From: Acanthaster planci
Taxonomy: Eukaryota
Reading direction: 5' to 3'
Length of the DNA: 62,000 nt
Assembly (NCBI RefSeq): GCF_001949145.1
Contig: NW_019091403.1
Location: 434,001-496,000 of the forward strand
Below the pieces are notes generated by a model that saw only the letters and a program-made list of their open reading frames with translations, was not told the origin of the DNA and searched no databases. Shown one piece after another: positions 13,501-23,589 of this stretch (position 1 is the first letter of the stretch; the number at the start of each line of letters is the position of its first letter). Made by a program: the position numbers and the translations under genes.

Positions 13501-16500
13501 CTTTTTAAATTGCATTTGGGCAGGTTTTTTTTCTTTCCTTCTATCATCACTTTGCAACGATTACAGTTTGTTTTTCATCAGAATATAAGCTTTTTTTTTC
13601 TACCGTACTTTACCCAATCAGTGTAAGATTTTTTTCCACTGTGATGCATCAGAGATTTAAAAGGAGAGTGTTTTGGATGTATTTTGCCAAACTTGGATCA
13701 GTGTGTTACATGCGTACTGTATTTACAATGCAAATTTTGTTTCATTTTTAACACTGCACAAGATAATCAACAAAGATAATCAACTCCACTACGGGTCATT
13801 ACATTTTATATAACATTTTCCCTTTCTTGGCTATTTTCAGAACTCAGACATTGTTTTGTACCTGACTACAAAATGTTATAGGTATAGTGGAGTACCAGTC
13901 TGTAGCAACGCTGATCACTACACTACTCTTTGGCTGGTGACCAGTTAAAACTGATCAGTGCTCTTCTTCACTGCAGATTCCATGAGTGGATTACCACTGA
14001 CGGAATTATCCATTTTTAAATGTCACTTGATTAGTGGAAGTATAAATGTGTATGTACTTTTTTTTTTCAATTACTGGGTGGGTTTTCCAAGGTCAAACTC
14101 CCCTATTTTTGAAGTTTTATGTTAGCTGCACTCTTGCATCAATTCTAAATTTCCTTCCCAGCTCCAGAAGCAGCGTCAAAGGAAGAAAGAAATCACTCCA
14201 TTGCCAAATTGTCAGTGAGTTGAAGCCGAATTTATCACCCCTGGTGCTTGGCTGTCGTCCAATTGTCTGGCAGGGGGAAACGAAGAAGAAGAAGAAAAAA
14301 AAAAGCCATGTGAAAGAAAAAAAAAATAAATTGAGAAAGGGGGGAAAGCAACAGCCGCTGAGAGCAGCGACCTGTGATTTCACATCCTATCTTGATTTGG
14401 AAGCAGCGGCAAGGCAAGGATGCAGCAGTCGGCTGCGGCGGGGTGTGTAATAAACAGTCAGCTTCGGCCAGAAGCCAGGCGAGTTTGAGGCATCGCGTTC
14501 CAATCGTCACCCTCTTCGCGCGGGCGAGCCTAACTAACTCTTGACATGTATGGGTCGTTGGCGTTGATCAGTCGGTCGTTCAAGCGTGGTTTATCCCACC
14601 ATCCAAATCCCCTTTGAGATGGGCGATGACAGACACGGCGAGGGAAAGGGTGAGGGGGGAGTCGGTTGGTTTGTGGCAGCAGTGTTGTACGGTGCCTAGG
14701 TAACTCTTTCTGTTTCTTTCTCTCGCTTGCTCACATGGTGCGCCGCTAACGGAAGGCTTGTTTAAAATGTCAAGATTCACAATCAGCAGATAGGCATCAG
14801 TGTCATCTACTAATTATCCTGCTGTGTCAAATGCCAAAGTCTCGTTAACATTGGACAATTTTTTGTGTTTCGGAGGTGGTGACATTTTTCAGGGTAGGAG
14901 CGTCGCCCGCTGTTGCAGATGCACCTGGGGCATTGAAGAAACGGAAGGGTTTATTATGAGTTAACCAATAATTTAATCAGGTCTTGTTTTGTAATGACAC
15001 AGAATAAAAGGCATTATCGTTGAAATTCCTGATGCCTAGGACAGAAAAATATACAGAGATCTTTGAGAAATTTGATAGTGACTTTTTTTGCCTTTATTGT
15101 ATATTCATGTACACGTACATTGTAATTTTGTTTTGTGACAATTTATTCAAGTGCTACAGCTCCTTATGTGAAAAAAAACTTCCCATTCTTTAAGAAGTCT
15201 TTTGTTTTTTCCTTGGTACTGCACAGTTTTAATGGTAGAGTAAACATATTGGAGATGACCCTATTGAATTACAGTTACATAAAATATGACCAGTATAGTA
15301 TTGGTTACTCTTCCCCCCCCCTTGTGAAATAGACTAAAGAGACAAAGCATATTTTAAAGAGGATGATTATGTCAGGTGATTTGAAGTATTAAAGCTCGGG
15401 CATTGTGACAGTTGATTTTGTAATGGGATCGGTACTCGGTAAGCCTCAGTAACCACTCGAAATTAACACTAATGTACACGATGCTCACATCTAAGAAGAA
15501 CACACGCTGGCCTCGAATCAGTCTTAGCTGGCATGAATTATGCATGATGGCTGTTAGACTTGGCCGTTGAATATTCATTGGGTTCTCCTCTCCTCCCCGT
15601 TCCTCTCGGCCATTGACCCTGGCTCGTTTAACGGCCGTGATTGATTTGCGCGGCGAGAATGTAGCCGTGGCAGTGTGTGGCCATGCTGTCCAGTCTGGCA
15701 GTGCGTGTGTTGGGTTCATACGTGTGAACATGTTTTTCAGGATGGCATGCTAATATGCCCGGAGGCAGTACGTGTGTCCACTGCATAACGACGACATGTT
15801 GAGATGGCCATGCCGTAACTAGGAGTGATACATTAAGTGCAAGTACATGACCATGTTCTGTATACTGCAAAATTGTGAACAGAAAAAACTGCCTCAAGAG
15901 CATTACAGGCTTCTTCAGTTTTTACCAAATGTTTGAAAATTAATCAAATGAGTGGCAGATTTTATCTGCATGTTCATGAAAATGTCCAGAATTCTGAGAG
16001 ATCTTGGAATTCAGTAACAAAGTCTTTCTTTTTTTGGGGGGGAGCAAAATTGTCGGGATAGAAACGAGGGGCACACTTTTAGCCGTGACTTCTGCTTGTG
16101 TTTCCAACTGCTGTCATTCATCAAGACTGCTTTTGTTTGAGATTCGGGAATAGGATTTACCATGGCATATCTCAGAATTTAAAAAGCAAAGAATGCATAG
16201 TTTCTCTTTCTGATGGTTATAGATCTGTTGGTTAGATCATCCTTACAGAAGATGCATTTCCTGGGTGTAATTATATAAACCCTTGACATCCCCCATTGAG
16301 CAGTTTTGCCATTGTAGAACAGTCAAACATTGGGAGAGTGATCCATTGAAATTTCTGCATCAGAAGTGGCACTCATGAATGCTCATGCAAACAAATCCCA
16401 AACCTTGCCCAGTAAGCTGTGACTATCTCCCCCCCCCAACACTCCCTCCCTCCTCTTGTTATGTCATCACCCCCTCCCCCACCAGTCTTGTCATGGAAGG

Positions 16501-18806
16501 CAGTGCGCAGTGATGTGCCGCAGAAGCGATTCATTCCAATTGTTGACGCCTTCATCGCTGCTCCCTTTCCTTCCAGTGCCACAGGAGAATGCACACATTG
16601 CCTCCCACGCCCCCCACCCCCCCACTCTGTCACACCAACCTCTGACTGACAGCATGTGTCAGAAATTTACCCCCTCGTTCCCCCTGGCCTCCTTGTCCGG
16701 ACGTTTGCCCGCAGGCTTTGGTTTACACATGATGGCGCTGCCGAAAGTACACCTAGATGTCAGAGCCATCCAGTCGTTCCAAATTGGAACACACGTGTGC
16801 AGACACTGGCACAGAACTAAAAGAGGTCAAAACGAAGGGCTTTGGCTAAGACTAACATGTTATCTATGGCAAGTGGCTTCAGCCGCGAGACCATCGGCTT
16901 TGGTAGGAGCATGTGTACTCTGCCCACAGTCACAACGGTTGATTGCAGCTGGGGATAAGTGCGTACGGGCCGACTGGCAAGTACGCAAGCAGTGGCCAGC
17001 AAACAAGCCCACATGTTGACCAAAAACTTGAGGCAGGACCCTTGTCAAATGCCAACATTTTTGTCCGACATGGCACTTTTGAAAGCTGTACTTTCTTTGT
17101 GAAAATTCCAAACCATGTCGCCACATTTACTCTACACGCACATGTGCGTGCACATGTAATAAAAGAACTTCAGTTGAACACGCTTTCAAATTCCTGAAAA
17201 TAAAATGTTACCTGTTTTATCTTTAAGCTCGAATGCTAAAAATCCAAACAGTGCGTATGTGGTGAAGCCCCTGTAGAAACTTCAAGATGAAATTTGTGGG
17301 CAATTAAGACTGTTGCCTTGCTACCAAATTCATGCTGTTGGTAGCTTTTCTCTGACCAAGAAGGCCATAGACAAACACAAATATTGTAGTCTCCTTTGTT
17401 TGCATTATCTACCGACAGGTAAAATGCATATCTTCCGAAAACTTTATTTGAGAACTTTGTGGTTTTGTAGCACATTCCTGGTACTGACTTGGATAAAAGC
17501 GGCAAAATAAAAGAAAGGTCACAGTTCCTGAAAAGCTGGAGGAGATATACCTCAAACCTCAGTTGCTTAACTCTTTCTGGCTTTCTTTTTAAAAAAATCT
17601 GAGCCCTTATTTTTATCTTTCTTACTTGTATCCTCAGGAAAGTATGTTAGACAAAGATATGTCAATATTTCTGAAGCATGTGGCTAACACTTTTTTCCTG
17701 GGATTATGAAGTATTCCCAGTAGCTGCCTGCAGGATTTTTGGGCCATTCGTTCTGATCTATGGGATCTTCAAACGTCTCGTGTGGTATCCATAATTAATC
17801 ACTTCCATCATGTTTACGAGCGTTTGCAGAAATTCTCCTTGAAAAATTCAAGAGGTCTTTATGAAGCATCCGTGCCCATGGATGTACATGTGCCAAAAAA
17901 AAGTCAGGTGCTTGTCATCCATGATTGAGCAAAGTCTACCCTTGGGGAGTTGGGTATCATCCTGATACCGCTCATAAGGATTTTTATACTTCATCTGACA
18001 TTTAGGCTCATGATCTGATTTGTGCCAGAGGAAAATATCCCACAACATTGTCTGAGCTTGCACACTCAGTGTTAAAGTAGTGTAGCTCTTACCACTTGCT
18101 GCCGGGTGCTTTGAAAAATGCAGTGCACACGTATGGGCGATTTTCAAGATTTTCAGTTTTCAAAATTCTTCAAAAATTTATCATTTCATTTAATGGACGT
18201 TTACACCCCTACGAACGACTGTCTGATGGCCACTCTAGTCTGACAGACAAAATCTATTGATGACTGAGTATTTCAGCCAGGTCTGCAGCTTTGTAAAAAG
18301 AGCTCAGATTGTGTGGTGTTATGTAAGTCTCTTTTGTTCCGGAAACTGGCACAGTGCACTGCTGGCATCTTTTCAATACAGGCCAGATTAGCATGCAGCA
18401 GTACTGTATCGCTCATCGCTGGAGCGCTGGAGAGCTGTTGTCCCCGGTGGTAATCTGCTTGCGCTGAATGCCACAAACAGTGGTACATGTATAATCTTTC
18501 AAAGCGAGGACAGATTTCCTCCGCTATTGACAACTGAAAAAATGTTGGCAATCCCCTGCAGCTCGGTCTTTGGTGCCAAGCATGGTCTCTTGTGTCAAGG
18601 CCTAGCTCTTTTGTCCAGTTTAGGGTTCCCCGGCGTCGTGTATGCGTATAAAGCCTATGTGCTCGAAAACGCCGGTCCCCTGTGGTTAAAGTAGTGTAGC
18701 TCTCTGATATCGTACTAGGGTGAGATTCGAACAGAAGTCACCACAAGTGATTGTCAGGGAGTTCATCACTAAGCTTGACTCACTCCAAATCTACTACTGG
18801 TATGTA

Positions 18807-19170
18807 GCACTATGTACTTGTACCGTAGTGTTCACCGCAGTGCATGATGGGATAGAATAGGATCAATGGCACAGTGCACATGGCTGTGGTATGCAACAAG
18901 TAAGGGATATGGCAAAGATATATGTACCATTTGGTCACAAGAAGGTAACAGGAAATCTCACTGTTTTTAGTCGTGAAAAATGACTCCCCAGAAGATTTTA
19001 ACTGTTTTTTTTTTTTAAATATTGCATTTTGGAAATGGAGGTAACCATACTCATGTATTTATGCTTATGATTGCAGAGTATGGCAATGCGTACATGTACC
19101 AATGAGCCCCCTTTCTGTATCCCATCATGCCCTGCGGTAAGCACAGTGATACGTCATCAGTACATATGGC
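18807..19170. mobile_element. Degenerate foldback / MITE-like element
   Basis: Inverted arms 18820-18854 and 19118-19152 match at 28/35 (inner 21 nt at 20/21). Weaker inverted similarity continues both inward and outward. Confidence 0.6.
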
Positions 19171-19407
19171 TATTGTCAAATAAATTGCTCATCTTAGAAA
19201 TCTTAGGACAAATTGATAGAATTGCTGAGCGCAGGTACCGGTAATAGGCCTACTAGCTCTGCAAAGCCGGTTACCAGCCAAGGTGTCTCCTATTGCCTGT
19301 GTGACTGGTATTCAGCTGATTTTTTTATAGGGGGGCCTTGAAGTTAACATTTCTTCAGCAGTATTTTCTTCCAATAGTAGCTTCAGGAATTGGCGTCCTT
19401 ATGTCAT

Positions 19408-19654
19408 GGGTAATTCCAGAAATTAGGGGTCCAAAAGTTTGACATTTTGGTGCCCCTGTTACATCTGACCTTTTATATTTTGATGTGGAAATATCACTGG
19501 AATTGATTTCAAACTATTACTATTTGTTTGGCAGGTAATTTGCATTGATTCATCACTCCTGGATATTAGAAAATGTGTTCTGAACTTACAAAATCGTAGG
19601 TCAGATGTGACAGGGACACGAAAATAAACGGACCCCTAATTTCTGGAATTACCC
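19408..19654. mobile_element. Non-autonomous DNA transposon (MITE), 247 bp, possibly Sola2-like
   Basis: Perfect 25-bp TIRs GGGTAATTCCAGAAATTAGGGGTCC (19408-19432 / 19630-19654), an imperfect subterminal inverted extension, and a TCAT duplication on both flanks (19404-19407, 19655-19658). Confidence 0.9.
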
Positions 19655-20650
19655 TCATACATATGCATAAAAGGACAAACAAACCAAGAGCATCAGAGAC
19701 TTCAATTACTATACTGTGCACCTCTTTCCTGTAATCTGATTGGTCAAATTCTCAAGTACGTGGAGAATGAAACATAGCACCTCTGTGTACATATTCCGAT
19801 TGAAGTAACCCATTTAGAGGTTGTTAGGATGACAGGCAGCCGGCTTTTCTCCGACTCGCACCTGGTGCTTGGACCAAACAGGTGACTTACATACTCGTGC
19901 ATGTACATTTATATCCCCTATGAACTTTCCAATTCAAAAGTCTTCTCCCATTTGCCTCCACTGAATGTTATCGTATAATTGTGATAATTTGACATATTTG
20001 ACAGGTTTCTGTTGGAACCAGGTGACCAATTGACTGGGCAGTCAGTCCATTATCATTTACCCTTCCCCTTACCCTCTCCCTGAATGACCACCACCAGTGA
20101 ACACAACAGAAATTACCAGATTCCTGTCAAAATAATTATTCGGTAAATCTTCCTCCGCCCGTTCCGCTCAATTTAGCCGGCACGCCTCCTCCTTTGTCAG
20201 AAGACTACTTGAGAAAAATTCTCCTGGCTCATTGAGCCCGGTAATTCTTGCATGTTTTCCACTCAATTAGGTTTCCTTCCTGTCAGAAATTTTGCACAGC
20301 TCCCCCCTCCACTAGCCCATCAGGTCAGCCCACCACTCTTCCCGTTAGGAGATACTGCTGGTTGAAGGGGGGGGGACTTTCTTTCCCCTTGAACCACCAA
20401 ATCTTGAAACTTGATCCGTAAGAGCTTTAAAATCCTGGCACGGAGGGGCCGGAAGTTGTATTTGTTTGGACTAACAATGGAAAGAACGGTGGGAGCCATT
20501 GTAAAGCGGCAGCGCATTTTGGTTGCAATGTCATCTGGCTGCTGTGCGATAAGCCACAAGGAATAATTGACATTGGTATTCGCACATGACACCTTGATAA
20601 TGACCTTCACGTACCATGCTGTATTACAACTTCGGAAATTGCAATCACTC

Positions 20651-20673
20651 CAAATCAAATCAAATCAAATCAA
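20651..20673. repeat. (CAAAT)n microsatellite, ~4.6 units
   Basis: CAAATCAAATCAAATCAAATCAA seen directly. Confidence 0.8.
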
Positions 20674-21869
20674 CGTTCTTAATCAACATTGCAGATCCAC
20701 AGGTCTGTTAATTTTTTTATTCATGCGTGAGTTTCCTTGTTTTTCCGAAATTTTCATCGCACGGACAAACTGATCTCCAGAGATTGTAATTTGACTTGCA
20801 TGTAATGAAACACGGAAAATACGTAAGAAGAAATATTAGATGACATTTAGTTTGCAGATAAAATGTCAGTGTAGAATATCAGAGCCAGTACTTCTTTTAA
20901 GTATTTTATATCGCTGTCTGTAAGTGTGGAAGAGGTTTTGAAGACCAAAAAATAAATTCTGTAAATCTGCCACCAAAAAAAAAATTTCATTGTAATAATA
21001 TGTATACACCAGTGATCTCCGAGTTTATCCGACAAAATGTACATTTAATAAAAATGGAATGAAACCATTGCAGCTGCCGTGGCAATTATCGGCATGGCAA
21101 CCTGCGCAGCCAGAGCAACATGCGAGGGCTGTAGAGGGGCCCATATTATGTGGCGGTCATTGACTTGCGTAAGGTGGATGTTCTTCCGGTCGCAATTTTG
21201 CTACTCCGTTTTCTGAGTGTTTGATAGATTTTTATTATACATTTTTTGGTAGCAGATACAAGTTTACGGCTGTATCGGCCTCAGGGGGCTTAGGTATATT
21301 TATTGCGGTGTTTTTTTGAGTTCACAAGTTCTGCAAGGTTTTCCCCTTTTCATTGGTGGGCACTCTCTTTGAATGTCGGACTCTTTTGTCAGGGTTTTTG
21401 TTCGGGAGGAAAATATTTGGGAAGGGATTAACTCCCCCCTGTTTATTTGGGTTTAGGTAAATTTGAGGGGAGAGAAGTAGGTTTTTTTTCACACTGAAGG
21501 TCCCAACTTTGGAGCGGGTGCAGTTCATGACAAGAAATGGGAGGGATGGAGTAACTACTGGTAGGAAAGTTTGAAAGTTTAGCAGCTTGCTTGGGTGGGG
21601 GAAACATCAATGAGGTGCGCATCAAGTTTCTCATGAATGACTGTGCAAGTCCTTCAAAACTGTTTGCCTTGTGATTAATGTAAAGGGGTGGCTTGTGAAT
21701 GTGAACAGGATTTCAATATAAATTCCATATTTTGAGGAATTACAACAACAACTGTGGCGTCAAAACTTCACCTATTGTTATAAAAATAAATTCTTGCAGT
21801 GGGGGTTTATGTGCTAAAGCCGAAGTCAGCAAAGTACCAGTCACAGGCAGCATGTATCATGACTTCGTG

Positions 21870-22169
21870 GTATCATGGTAAAAGCCATGGAAGATGGGGA
21901 AAAAATGAGGTGTGCTGGAATCCTTTTGTCGGAGGAAAAAAGTCATAGAAATCAAGATCATGCAAGCGTTATTGGTCACTACTGATTGGATAACGATAAA
22001 ATCTACAGGCTATCCTTGTCAATCTTTAGTAGTGATCAAAGCAGTCTTCCGGTTCATAATACCACATAACTTTTCCCGGCAAAATGACATTAAATGTCAT
22101 GGAAATTGTCATATTTTAGTCTCGGGAAAAGTCATGGAATTTGGTGTTGAGATTTCTGTGGGAACTCTG
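21870..22169. mobile_element. Decayed DNA-transposon remnant (hAT-like CAG terminus) with internal GTCATGGAA motifs
   Basis: Four (A/T)G(T/C)CAT(G/A)GAA motifs near 21882, 21940, 22096 and 22130. Ends in GTGGGAACTCTG (reverse complement CAGAGTTCCCAC). The other terminus is not recognisable. Confidence 0.4.
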
Positions 22170-22223
22170 CTGGGGAACTGTTGTTGCATGCGTATACCAG
22201 TATGGTAACGCCGGTAATCATGC

Positions 22224-22306
22224 AGTTGTCAGGTCCTTATTTTGCCACCTCTTCTAAAGTCTGATTGGTTTTCACAGTAAGTGGCAAAATAACGGACCTG
22301 GCAACT
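22224..22306. mobile_element. 83-bp mini inverted-repeat element
   Basis: AGTTGTCAGGTCCTTATTTTGCCAC (22224-22248) pairs with GTGGCAAAATAACGGACCTGGCAACT (22281-22306), with 1 mismatch and 1 indel. Confidence 0.7.
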
Positions 22307-22397
22307 ATAAGGTCACCGACGTTAGATGTTTCCAGTCAACTGCAATCCAGTCTCAAGCCAAGTCACAAACTCTTCAAATGAACTGTGACAAAGAACA

Positions 22398-23589
22398 GGG
22401 TAATTCCAGAAATTAGGNNNNNNNNNNNNNNNNNNNNNNNNNNNNNNNNNNNNNNNNNNNNNNNNNNNNNNNNNNNNNNNNNNNNNNNNNNNNNNNNNNN
22501 NNNNNNNNNNNNNNNNNNNNNNNNNNNNNNNNNNNNNNNNNNNNNNNNNNNNNNNNNNNNNNNNNNNNNNNNNNNNNNNNNNNNNNNNNNNNNNNNNNNN
22601 NNNNNNNNNNNNNNNNNNNNNNNNNNNNNNNNNNNNNNNNNNNNNNNNNNNNNNNNNNNNNNNNNNNNNNNNNNNNNNNNNNNNNNNNNNNNNNNNNNNN
22701 NNNNNNNNNNNNNNNNNNNNNNNNNNNNNNNNNNNNNNNNNNNNNNNNNNNNNNNNNNNNNNNNNNNNNNNNNNNNNNNNNNNNNNNNNNNNNNNNNNNN
22801 NNNNNNNNNNNNNNNNNNNNNNNNNNNNNNNNNNNNNNNNNNNNNNNNNNNNNNNNNNNNNNNNNNNNNNNNNNNNNNNNNNNNNNNNNNNNNNNNNNNN
22901 NNNNNNNNNNNNNNNNNNNNNNNNNNNNNNNNNNNNNNNNNNNNNNNNNNNNNNNNNNNNNNNNNNNNNNNNNNNNNNNNNNNNNNNNNNNNNNNNNNNN
23001 NNNNNNNNNNNNNNNNNNNNNNNNNNNNNNNNNNNNNNNNNNNNNNNNNNNNNNNNNNNNNNNNNNNNNNNNNNNNNNNNNNNNNNNNNNNNNNNNNNNN
23101 NNNNNNNNNNNNNNNNNNNNNNNNNNNNNNNNNNNNNNNNNNNNNNNNNNNNNNNNNNNNNNNNNNNNNNNNNNNNNNNNNNNNNNNNNNNNNNNNNNNN
23201 NNNNNNNNNNNNNNNNNNNNNNNNNNNNNNNNNNNNNNNNNNNNNNNNNNNNNNNNNNNNNNNNNNNNNNNNNNNNNNNNNNNNNNNNNNNNNNNNNNNN
23301 NNNNNNNNNNNNNNNNNNNNNNNNNNNNNNNNNNNNNNNNNNNNNNNNNNNNNNNNNNNNNNNNNNNNNNNNNNNNNNNNNNNNNNNNNNNNNNNNNNNN
23401 NNNNNNNNNNNNNNNNNNNNNNNNNNNNNNNNNNNNNNNNNNNNNNNNNNNNNNNNNNNNNNGGAATCGATTTCAAACTGTTATTATTTGTTTGGCAGGT
23501 ACACATGTAATTTGCAGTCATTCATCACTCCTAGAAATTATGTGACAGGGACACAAAAATAAATGGACCCCTAATTTCTGGAATGACCC
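22398..23589. mobile_element. Second copy (or two partial copies) of the 19408 MITE, spanning the assembly gap
   Basis: Left TIR GGGTAATTCCAGAAATTAGG runs into the Ns. After the gap the sequence aligns to 19499 onward and ends in GGACCCCTAATTTCTGGAATGACCC. Confidence 0.85.
22418..23462. other. Assembly gap (1,045 N)
   Basis: Run of N. Confidence 1.

Noticed and set aside
16456..17019. 187-aa + strand ORF
   Set aside because: No recognisable domain, Cys/His/Pro-rich random-like composition, no consistent splice sites.
22322..23545. 399-aa and 386-aa ORFs
   Set aside because: Artefacts of translating through the N gap.
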